DNA from: a bacterium
GTDB taxonomy: Bacteria > UBA8248
DNA: 64,000 nucleotides
Direction: 5' to 3'
Assembly: GCA_965261085.1 (NCBI GenBank)
Contig: OZ253442.1
Location: 2,880,001-2,944,000 of the forward strand
Of the stretch, positions 39,085 through 50,463 are shown one piece after another; the stretch's first letter is position 1; every line of letters begins with the position of its first letter. The notes under the pieces were generated by a model, which made no database searches, was not told the DNA's origin, and saw nothing but the letters and a program-made list of their open reading frames with translations. A program made the position numbers and the translations under genes.

Positions 39085-40080
39085 ATGAAAGCGATAACCG
39101 TACAGGGAGACGCCGGAATCGAAGGCCTGGTATACGGCGAGGTTCCCACGCCCGAGCCGGGAGAAGGCGAAGTGCGAGTAAAACTCCTGGCCTCAGGGAT
39201 CAACCACATCGACGTCTACCAGTGCACCCCTGAGATAGTGCAGCACAAAAAGCCCCACACCATGGGCGCGGACGGGGCGGGCGTCGTTGATAAGGCGGGA
39301 CCGGGAGCGACCTTAAAGCCGGGCGATGAGGTGATCCTCGACCCCAACCTGGGCGACCCCACCCAGCCTGGCTACGGCCTCGTGGGCGCGCACTGTGCGG
39401 GCACGCACGCGGAATTCATCGTATTGCCGGAAAAGAATTTCTTTCCAAAACCAGAGAACCTCTCCTTCGAGGAAGCGGCGGCGCTTCCTCTCGCTCTCTG
39501 CACGGCCTATCGCCAGCTCATCAGCCGCGCACGGCTTACAGCGGGCGAGAGCGTCCTCATCCACGGGGTGGGCGGCGGCGTCATGCTCTATTGCTTACAA
39601 CTCGCGTCTCAGGCGGGGGCTTTCGCCATCGTCACCTCATCGAGTGACGAAAAGCTCAAGACCGCTGAATCATTAGGGGCTGACGTCTGCATCAATTACA
39701 AGACGACCGACGTCGCCGGGGCCGTGATGGACGCCACCGATGGATGGGGAGCCGACGTGGTGGTCGACAACGTGGGCGCGCCCACCTTCGCGGTGAGTGC
39801 GAAATGCGTCGCGCTAAACGGGCGCATCACCATCGTGGGCGGGGCCGCGCACCACGTGATCCCGGAGGTGAACCTGCGCGATTTGTACTTCAAGCAGGTC
39901 GACATCCACACCTCCACCATGGCGACGCCGGAAGAATTCCGGGAGGCGATGGCTCTTGCCGCAGAGGGCAAAGTGAAGGCCCACATCGACTCCACATACC
40001 CCCTCTCCCGGTTCCGCGAAGCCATAGAGCGCGTGGCGGAGGGCTTGCAATTCGGGAAAGTGGTGATAACAAGAGATTAG
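39085..40080 (+). CDS. MDR-family quinone oxidoreductase / zinc-binding dehydrogenase
   Basis: GINHID, GADGAGVV, EEAAALPL, VLIHGVGGGV, FGKVVI. Confidence 0.9.
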   Translation: MKAITVQGDAGIEGLVYGEVPTPEPGEGEVRVKLLASGINHIDVYQCTPEIVQHKKPHTMGADGAGVVDKAGPGATLKPGDEVILDPNLGDPTQPGYGLVGAHCAGTHAEFIVLPEKNFFPKPENLSFEEAAALPLALCTAYRQLISRARLTAGESVLIHGVGGGVMLYCLQLASQAGAFAIVTSSSDEKLKTAESLGADVCINYKTTDVAGAVMDATDGWGADVVVDNVGAPTFAVSAKCVALNGRITIVGGAAHHVIPEVNLRDLYFKQVDIHTSTMATPEEFREAMALAAEGKVKAHIDSTYPLSRFREAIERVAEGLQFGKVVITRD

Positions 40081-40129
40081 GGGCGACGCGCACGCCGCTT
40101 CGCGTGGATCGTTCATTCCAGGAGAAGAC

Positions 40130-41278
40130 ATGAAAAGACACATCGCCAGAACCGTCGCCGCGACCTCAGGGGGAGAGCGCGCCAACCACATGACGGCCAG
40201 AAAGCCGCCGGGTATAGCTTCACTCGATTCAGGAACACCCAATTTCCCCACGCCCGAGCACATCCAAGAGGCCGCCAAGGAGGCGCTCGAGCAGGGTCTC
40301 ACCGGTTATGCGCCGGGCCAGGGGGACCCTGAATTCCTCGAAGCCGTGTGCGAACACATCGAGCGCGAGTCGAACGCGAAGTACACGCCCGATTCCATCA
40401 TCGCCACGAACGGCGCCAGTTCGGGCATCTACGCCGTCATGACGACGTTCCTGGACCCGGGGGATGAGGCCATACTGATGGACCCCACGTTTTCGCTTTA
40501 CGCCCACGTCGCGCTTCAACTGGGGGCCGTCCCCGTCCACGTGCCGCACGACGCGGATTATCAGATCGACGTCGAGGCCGTTCGTAGCGCCATCACCCCA
40601 CGTACGCGCCTGATCCTCGTCAACAACCCGAACAATCCCATGGGCGTGGTCTACCGGCGCGACGACCTTGTGGCCCTGGTCGAACTCGCCGCAACACACG
40701 ACCTCATGGTGGTATCAGATGAGGCGTATGCGAAAATCCTGCAACCCGGCTTCGAGCACGTGCCCCTGCTCTCGTTCACCGATCACAGGGATCGCCTTAT
40801 CCTGCTCGACACTTTTTCCAAAACCTATTCGATGACCGGCTGGCGGCTGGGCTACATGGTCGTTCCTGCGGATCTGACCCAGCCGATGTTCAGCGTGCAC
40901 CGCTCCATCAACGGGCCGATCAACACCTTCGTCCAGCGCGCGGGCGCGGCGGCGCTCAGAGGCTCCCAGGAGTGCGTGGAGGAGATGGGGCGCGAATACC
41001 ACAAGCGGGGCCGCCTCATGAACGAGATGACGCGCGCCATCCCCGGCCTGATTCCCATCGAGCCGCAGGGCGGGTTTTATCAATATTGCCGCTATGAATA
41101 CCCCATTCCCTCGGCCGATGTGAGAAAGCGCGTCTGGGAGGCCGGGGCGGCGATTCGTAGCGGTTCGGAATTCGGCGAGGCGGGTGAAAACCACCTGCGT
41201 TTCACCTATTCGGTGGATGAAGAAGTGATCGAAAAAGGCATGAAGATCGTGGGCGAGGTATTCCGCCACCTCGGCTGA
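40130..41278 (+). CDS. PLP-dependent aminotransferase class I/II
   Basis: GTPNFPTP, NNPNNPMG, SDEAY, FSKTYSMTGWRLGY, HLRF. Confidence 0.93.
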   Translation: MKRHIARTVAATSGGERANHMTARKPPGIASLDSGTPNFPTPEHIQEAAKEALEQGLTGYAPGQGDPEFLEAVCEHIERESNAKYTPDSIIATNGASSGIYAVMTTFLDPGDEAILMDPTFSLYAHVALQLGAVPVHVPHDADYQIDVEAVRSAITPRTRLILVNNPNNPMGVVYRRDDLVALVELAATHDLMVVSDEAYAKILQPGFEHVPLLSFTDHRDRLILLDTFSKTYSMTGWRLGYMVVPADLTQPMFSVHRSINGPINTFVQRAGAAALRGSQECVEEMGREYHKRGRLMNEMTRAIPGLIPIEPQGGFYQYCRYEYPIPSADVRKRVWEAGAAIRSGSEFGEAGENHLRFTYSVDEEVIEKGMKIVGEVFRHLG

Positions 41279-41310
41279 CCCGCCCACATTCCTGGGGAAG
41301 GATACTCTCT

Positions 41311-41535
41311 ATGACATACGGAAAATCATCGCTTCTGCTGTCGGGTCTGCTCCTGATGGGCCTCTTTCTCCTCGGAGGCTGTTCGGAGGAGGAGAAGAAA
41401 CCAGAAATTTCGGCGAACCTCTGCCTCACGCTGCCCAACGAGATGGTTCTCGGCCCATACGACACGAAAGAAGCATGCCAGACGGCGCGCGAGAACATGC
41501 CCGACGGGGTATGCGCTACGTGTGAGAAAAAATAA
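41311..41535 (+). CDS. Small cysteine-rich lipoprotein
   Basis: Lipobox LGGC after a hydrophobic signal; four further Cys. Confidence 0.6.
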   Translation: MTYGKSSLLLSGLLLMGLFLLGGCSEEEKKPEISANLCLTLPNEMVLGPYDTKEACQTARENMPDGVCATCEKK

Positions 41536-41570
41536 AAAAGGGGCCGCCCCCCAGGGGTAGCGGCCCTTTT
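41535..41570. terminator. Bidirectional intrinsic terminator
   Basis: AAAAGGGGCCGC...GCGGCCCCTTTT between convergent genes. Confidence 0.8.
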
Positions 41571-41578
41571 CGGCTTCA

Positions 41579-42517
41579 TCAGTAGACGGGCAGAATATCC
41601 TTCTCGTACGTCTCATCCACGCCCCGGGCGGCGGCGTAGAAGATTTCTTGCAGCCTGCGCGTGATTTTCCCGGGTTTTCCGTCTCCGACCTCGATGCGGT
41701 CAAGAGAGAGCACAGGCGCAACCTCGGCGGCCGAGCCGCATATCATCGCCTCATCGGCCACGTAGACTTCCGTGCGATCCATGGGTCGCTCCACGGGTTC
41801 GGGGCCGATGTGCCTCCCGAACATCTCGAGCACGCTATCGCGCGTGATGCTCTCTAAAATAGAGTCCGTCACCGGCGGTGTGATGAGCTTGCCCTCGCGC
41901 ATGATCATCACGCACGTGCCCGTGCACTCGGCCACCGTGCCGCTCCGGTTCAGCAGGAGGGCGTCGTCGTACCCGTTGATCCGCGCCTCCACGCCCGCGA
42001 GCCTGCCGTTCTGGTAGTTGGCCGACGCCTTCACGCGCGGGGGCACGGAATCGTCCGAAATGCGCCGCCAACTGCTCACGCACAGGTTCACGCCCTGCTC
42101 CTGACGCTTGCGGTTGCTGTTCGGCCCCCCGCTGATGAAGACGCACGTGTCCACCTCATCCGCCGCATAGCCCTTCATGTCCAAAGGCCCCGAATCGTCA
42201 AAGTACACGTTCAGGCGAAAGTGGAGGTCTTCTTTGAACTCGTTCGCCTGTATCCACTCGATGACGGCGTCCTTGAACTCTTCCGCCGTATAGGGCGGCG
42301 TCATCCGCATCACCCGCATCGAGTCGAACAGCCGCCTGATGTGCGGGTCGATCTTCCAGAGGAAGAGATTGTTTCTCTCCTCGCTCCAATAGGCGCGAAT
42401 TCCCTCGTACACGCTCGAGCCCCTCAGAACAGCCTGGCTGAAAACACTGATCTTGGCGTCTTCGGGCGGCACCACCTCTCCGTTGAGCCATACTTTGGCA
42501 TGATCGTAACTGGGCAC
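41579..42517 (-). CDS. ilvE: Branched-chain amino acid aminotransferase (class IV)
   Basis: VYEGIRAY, HIRRLFDS, SSWRR, KASANY, GYDDALLL, ILESITR, GSAAEVAPV. Confidence 0.88.
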   Translation of the reverse strand: MPSYDHAKVWLNGEVVPPEDAKISVFSQAVLRGSSVYEGIRAYWSEERNNLFLWKIDPHIRRLFDSMRVMRMTPPYTAEEFKDAVIEWIQANEFKEDLHFRLNVYFDDSGPLDMKGYAADEVDTCVFISGGPNSNRKRQEQGVNLCVSSWRRISDDSVPPRVKASANYQNGRLAGVEARINGYDDALLLNRSGTVAECTGTCVMIMREGKLITPPVTDSILESITRDSVLEMFGRHIGPEPVERPMDRTEVYVADEAMICGSAAEVAPVLSLDRIEVGDGKPGKITRRLQEIFYAAARGVDETYEKDILPVY

Positions 42518-42680
42518 GTGAACCTCCGATATGGAAGTGAAATTGAATTATCAACACAGGAGACGCGGCATCATGAACAATTTAGGGGCAGTTTGACAAG
42601 CGGCGGCAACACTGCAACCCTTCAAATAAAGAGCCCGAGCCATTCGGCTGGATAAAAAACAAAAAGTGGCGGGAATTCTC

Positions 42681-43418
<738 letters not shown>

Positions 43419-43464
43419 TATCAGGCTCGAACAATCTCGGCTAGGCGCGCGCAGGATAGAAAAT

Positions 43465-44151
43465 TCAGACGGCCGTCGTGTCCTCGATGGCCTGCTGGCC
43501 CTTCAGTCGGCCCAGCCGGTTCCCGTACTGTGACAACGTGAAACAACAGACGAAATAGACGAACGCGATGAAGGTGAACACGGCGAAGGATGCATTTTCG
43601 CGGCCATTGACGATGGTGCCCGAGCGGAAAAACTCGATGACGCCGATCACGAAGGCGAGCGAGGTGTTCTTGAAAAGCGCCACCGTTCTGTTCATGATGG
43701 CGGGAGCCATGTTGCGCAGCGCCTGGGGCAGAACGATGTAGCGCATCGCCTGGATATAGCCCAGCCCGGTGGAGTACGCCGCCGCCATTTGCCCTCTGGG
43801 GACGGAGTCGAGCCCCGCGCGGATGATTTCCGCCGCATACGATCCATTGTGGAGCATGAGCGCCCAGACGGCCGCCCAGAACGGGCTCAGCGAAAACCCC
43901 ACCAGCGGCCTGCTCAAAAAATACACCCAGACGACGAACATGAGGCCGGGCGTTCCGCGTATGACTTCCACCACGGCCGCGGCAGGCAGCCTGAGCCACC
44001 AGAGTTTCGAGTGCCGCATCGCGCCGAATACGACGGCGAACGTCCAGCAGCCCACCCAGCTGATGGCGAAAATCTCCAGCGTCAGTTGAAACGCCTGGGC
44101 GAAAAACCCGAAGTTCTCCGGAATGACGTGCCACTTCCAAAAAGATTCCAA
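43465..44151 (-). CDS. Amino acid ABC transporter permease
   Basis: VIRGTP, SYAAEIIRAG, YIVLPQALR, KNTSL. Confidence 0.92.
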   Translation of the reverse strand: MESFWKWHVIPENFGFFAQAFQLTLEIFAISWVGCWTFAVVFGAMRHSKLWWLRLPAAAVVEVIRGTPGLMFVVWVYFLSRPLVGFSLSPFWAAVWALMLHNGSYAAEIIRAGLDSVPRGQMAAAYSTGLGYIQAMRYIVLPQALRNMAPAIMNRTVALFKNTSLAFVIGVIEFFRSGTIVNGRENASFAVFTFIAFVYFVCCFTLSQYGNRLGRLKGQQAIEDTTAV

Positions 44152-44178
44152 CGAAAATTCCCCTCCTCGATCCGCCGC

Positions 44179-45027
44179 CTACGTGCCCGAGCGAACCTTC
44201 AGGCCGAAGTAAGACTGGACCCCGTAAATTACGCCCACCGTCATCAGGGTGAGCAACAGGAACAACAAAGTCCCCGTACTGTACGCCTCGAAACCAGCGA
44301 AGGTTTCCTCTTCTATCTTTTGCGAGAAATACATGAGGTCGGTGATGGCTATGGTCATCGCCACGGCCGAGTTCTTGATGATGTTCAGCACCTGGCTCGA
44401 CATCGGCGGTATGACGATGACGAGCGCCTGGGGGAGAATGATGTAGCGCCATGCCTGGGCGCGGGACAATCCCGTGGAGGCGGCCGCCTCCCACTGGCCT
44501 TTCGTGACCGAGCGGATGCCCGAGCGCACCACCTCGCCCATGTAGGCCCCCGTGTAGAGGGAGAGCGCGATGACGCAGGCGAAGGTGCTGGGAACGAGAA
44601 TCTGAATCCCCAGGGGCTCGTTGATGAGCGCATTCAACAATTCCTGCAAGCCAAAATACGCCCACCACATCTGCACCAGCAGGGGGATGTTCCTGAACAC
44701 CTCGACATACGCGGTCGAGAAAGCGCGGATCCACCGGATTTCCGTCGTCCTGCCGATTCCGCAAAAAATGCCGAGCACCAGGCTGATGACGAGCGACCAC
44801 GCGAAGATGTACATCGTCGTGCCCACGCCCCGGAGCAGGAACATCCGGTAATCCCAGATCACGCCCCAACGCCACTGGTAGCTGAATTCCGTCTCGAAAT
44901 CGATGGGCCACAAATCAAAGATGAAGTACCATACGACGAATAGCGCGACGCTCCCCCAGGTGAGGAAAAACGCTTTTCTCTCCCGGGGACTCTCAAAAAG
45001 CCTCCATTTCTTCGCGCTTCGAATCAT
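44179..45027 (-). CDS. Amino acid ABC transporter permease
   Basis: YVEVFRNIPLLVQ, AYMGEVVRSG, GQWEAA, ILPQA, KNSA. Confidence 0.92.
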   Translation of the reverse strand: MIRSAKKWRLFESPRERKAFFLTWGSVALFVVWYFIFDLWPIDFETEFSYQWRWGVIWDYRMFLLRGVGTTMYIFAWSLVISLVLGIFCGIGRTTEIRWIRAFSTAYVEVFRNIPLLVQMWWAYFGLQELLNALINEPLGIQILVPSTFACVIALSLYTGAYMGEVVRSGIRSVTKGQWEAAASTGLSRAQAWRYIILPQALVIVIPPMSSQVLNIIKNSAVAMTIAITDLMYFSQKIEEETFAGFEAYSTGTLLFLLLTLMTVGVIYGVQSYFGLKVRSGT

Positions 45028-45148
45028 GCTTGCGCCCGTCGCATCGCCAACCATCCAGACTCCCGCCAAGCGAAAGCGGCCACCCGGAGTCGGGCGGCCG
45101 CGTCCGCTTTAGATGAACATCAAAGACTCTCGTTCATTTAACGCGCGT

Positions 45149-45946
45149 TTATTTCGGGAACCACGGCAAGTTGAAGTCCGGGTTCTTTCCGAACCATTTT
45201 CTCCAGATGGCGTGGTATTTCTTCGTCTCCCACAACTCGAGAATGACGTTGTTGACGTAATCGCGCCAATCCGAGTCGTTTTCCCGAAGGCCCATACCAT
45301 AAGGCTCGATGGTGTAGAGTTTGCCCGGAACGATGAGATCCGGGTTATTCGCCTGCAGCCACTGGAGGAGAATATCGTCCGTCACCATGGCGTCCACCTT
45401 CTTCTGCTTGAGCGCAAGGAGGTTCTCCGTGTGCTCCTGGAAGGGAACGATGATGGCCTTGGGCTGGACCTTCAGTAGGTTGGGGCCGGAGTTTCCGCCC
45501 TGAACGGAGGCGACGCGCTTCCCGGCCAACTGAGAGATGTGCTTGATGCCGGTGTCCTTGCGGGTGATGAAGCGCTGCCCCGTGATGAGGTAGTGCATCG
45601 AGAAGTCGATGACCTTATCGCGCGCGCGCTTGTGCGTCATCGTGGCGGCGATCAGATCCACGTTGCCGTTCACGATCAAGGGTATGCGCGTCTTCGAAAG
45701 CGCCTGGACGAACTTCACCTTCACGCCCAGCTTCTTGGCGATCTCCCTGACGAGATCCACGTCGAACCCATCGGGCTTCCCTGTTTTCTTGTTGATGAAG
45801 CCCATGGGAGGAAAGTCGAACTTCACCCCGGCGACCAGGGTTCCCCGCTTCTTCACCTTCTCGAGTACCGATTCGGCCGATTCTCCGCTCACGCCCAAAG
45901 ACAGCGCGAATACGAACAGGATCAATCCGAGTAACCATCGTCTCAT
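45149..45946 (-). CDS. Amino acid ABC transporter substrate-binding protein (SBP family 3)
   Basis: RGTLVAGVKFDFPPMGF, GFDVDL, RIP, IDFS, EPYGMG. Confidence 0.92.
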   Translation of the reverse strand: MRRWLLGLILFVFALSLGVSGESAESVLEKVKKRGTLVAGVKFDFPPMGFINKKTGKPDGFDVDLVREIAKKLGVKVKFVQALSKTRIPLIVNGNVDLIAATMTHKRARDKVIDFSMHYLITGQRFITRKDTGIKHISQLAGKRVASVQGGNSGPNLLKVQPKAIIVPFQEHTENLLALKQKKVDAMVTDDILLQWLQANNPDLIVPGKLYTIEPYGMGLRENDSDWRDYVNNVILELWETKKYHAIWRKWFGKNPDFNLPWFPK

Positions 45947-46244
45947 TTGTTCTCCCTCCCTTATCTTGCGAAGAAAATAAAAGCAGGCGGCCCTCGCAGC
46001 CGTCCGGCCAACCGAAACCCTCAGGCAAGCAACTCATCCATATATTTTTGCTGGCCCCATAGCCACACTATGGGAAAGGCGCCGGAGCATGTCAAGCGAT
46101 TGAAAATCTCCCTTTTTCTAAAGCATCCAGCCGATGCGCAGCGTTTTCGCCTCCACGCTCACCAGAATTCGAGCACAGCTTTCTCCCGCCTTATCAAGCC
46201 TTTCTTTCCAATGCCGGATGCCGCCCTGCCCTGCGCGGTAGAGG

Positions 46245-47054
46245 CTAGTTCAGCAATCTGTACAGGCGCTCATCATACAGACTGCCCGTGAGCGGGTTCA
46301 GGACAAATTGCGGATCCTTCGCGACACCGCTGCCCGGTTTGATGCCCGACAGTATATCGCGAAAATTCTTCACGTCGCCGGTCACCTGGTGGGCTTCCTG
46401 CGATTTAGCCGAGTCCCACATTTCCACGACCGTCATGTGATTCGAGCGGTTCGATTGGGTGATCACGTCGAAGCGCATGTTGCCGGGATGGGAACGGCTG
46501 GCCTTGACCAGTCCGACAACCAGTTCGTTGCCGCACGGGCCGGCCTTGTCGATCTGGCGCTTGCATGGTGCGAACTGCTCGGGCGGAATGATGTCCACAT
46601 GCGTCACGACGTAGACGGTCGAAGCCGAGCCCTTGGCGATTTTCGCCGGGTCCACCGCGTCGAGGCTGACGTGGGGACGCTCGTCATAGGGGTTGTACAG
46701 ATGCGATTGCAAGGCCTTGCGGAAGCTGATGGTGTGCGCGGTCTTGGCGTGGTTCGCCCGGGCTTTCGGGCCCGTCCAGGCTTCCAGAACGACGAAATGT
46801 CCTTTGCGGCCGATGCGCTCCAGCGCCTCGAAGCGGAGATTACCGGCCTCGCTCTTGCTCGCGGCGACCTGTTTTTTGAGCAAGGCAGCGGCCGCGACGG
46901 CGGATGATGGCGCAACTTCGACATAAGAGAGGATGTGCAGCGGTTTATCGGAAAGTATCGTGCCATCGCGTAGTTTCGTGTCGGCCTGAGCGGACAATGC
47001 GAAAGCCAACGACAAGACCATGAAACCAGATAGCGTACGGAATAAAGTCTTCAT
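46245..47054 (-). CDS. Exported protein with two antibiotic-biosynthesis-monooxygenase (ABM) domains
   Basis: Signal peptide; SKSEAGNLRFE...HFVVLEAW and SRSHPGNMRFD...HMTVVEMW; YDER repeated. Confidence 0.75.
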   Translation of the reverse strand: MKTLFRTLSGFMVLSLAFALSAQADTKLRDGTILSDKPLHILSYVEVAPSSAVAAAALLKKQVAASKSEAGNLRFEALERIGRKGHFVVLEAWTGPKARANHAKTAHTISFRKALQSHLYNPYDERPHVSLDAVDPAKIAKGSASTVYVVTHVDIIPPEQFAPCKRQIDKAGPCGNELVVGLVKASRSHPGNMRFDVITQSNRSNHMTVVEMWDSAKSQEAHQVTGDVKNFRDILSGIKPGSGVAKDPQFVLNPLTGSLYDERLYRLLN

Positions 47055-47365
47055 CGTGCATTCCCCCTTCTTTCTGAATTAAGCGGCTTGCGTCCTTAAT
47101 TCTTACTAGGTACGGAGAACACGGAGACTTGGGTCATGAAACATGAAACGAGAACTGGTCCGGTTGGGTCACTCACGTGAGTCTGGATATGGTTTTGATG
47201 TCCACACTATGGGAGAGCCGCCGGGCCGTGTCAAACGATGAGAAATCGCCCTTTTTTGGAAAGCGCTTCGACGATGCGCGCCTTCCCGCCTTGACGCTCG
47301 GGCGCGCTTGGGCGTAGCGTTATCCCCAACAGATTTTCAGAATCCCCACCCTTCTGGAGATTTTC

Positions 47366-48736
47366 ATGCAGCAGCCCACGGACACCCCCAAGCTCTCGGA
47401 CGCTTATGCCGAATCCCTGCCCGTTTCGCGCGCCCTCTACGATCGGGCGAAAGAAGTTTTTCCCGACGGGGTGACGCACGACAACCGCAGGATGCAGCCA
47501 TTCCCCATCTACATTGAGCGCGCCGAGGGCGCATACAAGTGGGACGTGGACGGCAACCGCTACATCGACTACTGGATGGGCCACGGAGCTCTCTTGTTCG
47601 GGCACAACCCGCCCCACATCCGCGACGCCGTGAGCGAGGCCGTACTCCAGGGCTCGCACTACGGTGCCGGCCACAGGCTGGAGGTGGAATGGGGCGAATG
47701 GGTGCAGCGTCTCGTGCCCTGCGCCGAGCGGGTGCGCTTTACGGCTTCTGGCACCGAGGCGACGCACATGGCGCTGAGGCTCGCGCGCGCCTTAACGGGA
47801 AGAAAGCGCGTGGTGAAATTCGCGGGCCATTTTCACGGCTGGCACGAGGGGCTCGAGATCGGTGTGCGCGCCCCCTACACGAACGAACCAGAAGCGGGAC
47901 AACTGGAAGAGGTGACCGATCTGGTTACCGTCTGTCCGCCGGATGACCTGGAAGCCGTCCGGGGCGCTCTGGCATCGAGAGAGGTTGCGGCGCTCATCCT
48001 GGAGCCGACCGGAGGGCACTTCGGCACCATCCCCATGAAAAAGGATTTCGTGGCGGCGCTCAGGGAAGAAACCGAAAAGGCGGGCACGCTGCTCATCTTC
48101 GATGAGGTGGTTACCGGCTTTCGCGTATCGCCGGGCGGTGCGCAGGCGCACTTGGGCGTGACGCCGGACCTCACGAGCCTCGCCAAAGTACTCGCGGGCG
48201 GCCTGCCGGGCGGGGCCGTCGTCGGTCGGGCGGATGTTATGGAATACCTCGCCACCAAGCCGGACCCCGAAGTGAACCGCCACACGAAAATCGCCCATCA
48301 CGGCACCTTCAACGCCAACCCTATTTCCGCCGCCGCAGGATGCGCCATGCTCTCCTCTCTGGCCGACGGCCGCGCCACGAAAGAGGTAAACGCGCAGGCG
48401 CAAAAGCTGAGAGCCGGGATGAACGAGATTCTCGCGCAAGAGGCAGTGGCCTGGAAGGTGTATGGCGAATACAGCGACTGGAAAATTTTCTTTGACGCCG
48501 ACGCCCCGCCACGCGACGGGGCGGATCAGGACGTGAGCGGAATCGACTGGCGGCGTCTCGATACCAAGAACGCACAGAAAAGCCGCGCTCTGCGCCAAGC
48601 CCTGATCCTCCACGGGGTGGATTTCAACGGAGCGCGAGCCCTCGTAGGCACGTGCCACACGGATGACGTGATTGAGGAAACGCTCGCCGCCTTCCGGGCG
48701 GGCGTGCAGACCATGAAGGAAGAAGGCATCGCCTAG
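47366..48736 (+). CDS. Aminotransferase class III (glutamate-semialdehyde aminomutase-like)
   Basis: WDVDGNRYIDY, SGTEA, FHGWH, LIFDEVVTGFR, AKVLAGGLP, GTFNANP. Confidence 0.9.
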   Translation: MQQPTDTPKLSDAYAESLPVSRALYDRAKEVFPDGVTHDNRRMQPFPIYIERAEGAYKWDVDGNRYIDYWMGHGALLFGHNPPHIRDAVSEAVLQGSHYGAGHRLEVEWGEWVQRLVPCAERVRFTASGTEATHMALRLARALTGRKRVVKFAGHFHGWHEGLEIGVRAPYTNEPEAGQLEEVTDLVTVCPPDDLEAVRGALASREVAALILEPTGGHFGTIPMKKDFVAALREETEKAGTLLIFDEVVTGFRVSPGGAQAHLGVTPDLTSLAKVLAGGLPGGAVVGRADVMEYLATKPDPEVNRHTKIAHHGTFNANPISAAAGCAMLSSLADGRATKEVNAQAQKLRAGMNEILAQEAVAWKVYGEYSDWKIFFDADAPPRDGADQDVSGIDWRRLDTKNAQKSRALRQALILHGVDFNGARALVGTCHTDDVIEETLAAFRAGVQTMKEEGIA

Positions 48737-48843
48737 AATTTACTGAATTGAGAGGCTTCGTAGCCCCAGCCCTCAAGACCGATTGCGCCATAGATGAGAA
48801 TTGCAGACCCGCGACCGAAGAAAATGATTAAGGAGAACCCCAC

Positions 48844-50094
48844 TTGTACAGCGCGCTGAAAGGCCATTTGAGCTTAGAGTCCGGACGCATCGTGGACGAC
48901 ATGGAAAACCCCTTCACCTGCCCCGATACGGGCGGGAATTTACAGGGCAGCTACGACCTCGAGTGGATAAGGGCGCATGTGGACAGGGACGAGGTCGCCC
49001 GCAGGCCGAGGGGAATCTGGCGCTGGCGCGAATTGCTGCCCGTGCGGGATGAGAAAAACGTAGTTTCACTCGTGGAGGGAGATACTCCCCTCATCCACGC
49101 CGAAAGGCTCGGAGAGTCGCTCGGGTACGGGAACCTCTACATCCTGGATGAATCGAGAAACCCCACCGGCTCGTTCAAAGACAGAGGCGGATCGGTCACC
49201 ATCAGCAAGTGCAAGGAAGTGGGTGTGGACCGCATCGTGCTGCCCTCATCGGGTAACGCGGCGGCCTGTTTCAGCGCCTATTGCGCGCGGGGGGGAATCG
49301 AGTTCATCGGCTTCATGCGTGACGACAGCTCGGCCGTCCATTGCCTTCAAGTGGGCGCCTACGGGGCGTTTGCGCTCATCATCGAGGGCGATCAGGGCGT
49401 GGGCGGGCGCTTCGCCGAGGCGGTATCCAAAGAGTTGGGCTGCCTGCACGCCACCCTGCCCCGCAACCTCTACAGAATCGAAGGGAAAAAGACGGCGGCC
49501 TATGAAATTTCCGAAAAACTCGGCTGGCGCGCTCCCGACCGAGTCGTCTGCCCCACGGCGGGCGGCACGATGGCGCTCGCCATGGACCAGGGCTTCCGTG
49601 AACTGCTGGCCCTGGGCTGGATAGACGAGATGCCTGCGATCGACGTCGTACAACCCGATGGCTGCGCGCCTATCGTGAAAGCCCTCCACACGAGCGGTAA
49701 GGTCGAACCCTGGGGCGAGGTGCGCACGAAATCAGCCGGTCTCACGAGCCCCTCCCCCGGTGCCGGCGAGCGCGTGGTAGAAGTGGTGCGGCGCTCCGAG
49801 GGCCACGGCGTGCTCGTGAGCGATGCGATGAACCTGGAAGCCGAGTTCCAGATCGCCAGACGCGAGGGGCTGTTCCTTCAACCCGCCTCGGCGGCGTCCG
49901 TGGCCAGTTTGATGGAGGGAGCCGAGCGGCCCGGGAAGCCGGAAGCCGATGAAACAATCGTCTGCATCGGCACGGGCACGGTCAAGAACGCGACGGAGGT
50001 GGCGAGCGAAGCCCTCGGCAGACCGGGGCGTATCCCACCGGATATCGAGGCCTTCAAACGAGCACGCGCCTCCTGGCGAGGGAACGGCGCTTAA
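48844..50094 (+). CDS. Threonine synthase-like PLP enzyme (fold II)
   Basis: IWRWRELLP, EGDTPL, NPTGSFKDRG, SSGNA, EGKKTAAYEI. Confidence 0.85.
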   Translation: MYSALKGHLSLESGRIVDDMENPFTCPDTGGNLQGSYDLEWIRAHVDRDEVARRPRGIWRWRELLPVRDEKNVVSLVEGDTPLIHAERLGESLGYGNLYILDESRNPTGSFKDRGGSVTISKCKEVGVDRIVLPSSGNAAACFSAYCARGGIEFIGFMRDDSSAVHCLQVGAYGAFALIIEGDQGVGGRFAEAVSKELGCLHATLPRNLYRIEGKKTAAYEISEKLGWRAPDRVVCPTAGGTMALAMDQGFRELLALGWIDEMPAIDVVQPDGCAPIVKALHTSGKVEPWGEVRTKSAGLTSPSPGAGERVVEVVRRSEGHGVLVSDAMNLEAEFQIARREGLFLQPASAASVASLMEGAERPGKPEADETIVCIGTGTVKNATEVASEALGRPGRIPPDIEAFKRARASWRGNGA

Positions 50095-50364
50095 GGCACT
50101 GGGTTAAAGGCATGCCATTCTCCAGAAATCGGTGAAATATGGCCCCCAGCGGCAAGTTCACTAAAGGTAACCGTTCCGTACCTCAGCGGACATAAAAGCA
50201 CCTCACCAAAAGAGTTCGTTCCTCGTAGTTCTTTTCGTGGAGACCCGGCGGACGCGCCCCACGCCGACCTATCGCTTACAACACCTCCAAAAGCGGGCGA
50301 AAATCACCCCCTACTTTCGATATTTTATCATCTTCTACTTCAGCATATCCCTCATAAGTAACTA

Positions 50365-50391
50365 TTGACAAATAAATTATCAGTTTGTCAA
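50365..50391. promoter_or_regulatory. Inverted-repeat operator overlapping a TTGACA -35 box
   Basis: TTGACAAA-N11-TTTGTCAA in the AT-rich region upstream of the radical SAM gene. Confidence 0.55.
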
Positions 50392-50463
50392 AAAATATAT
50401 TTACTTTCGTTATATTTTCGTATATATTTCTTCCTCACGCCAATTCACACTGGGAGAACAATC

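Noticed and set aside
41500-41535. c-type cytochrome motif
   Set aside because: Sequence is CATCE, not CxxCH
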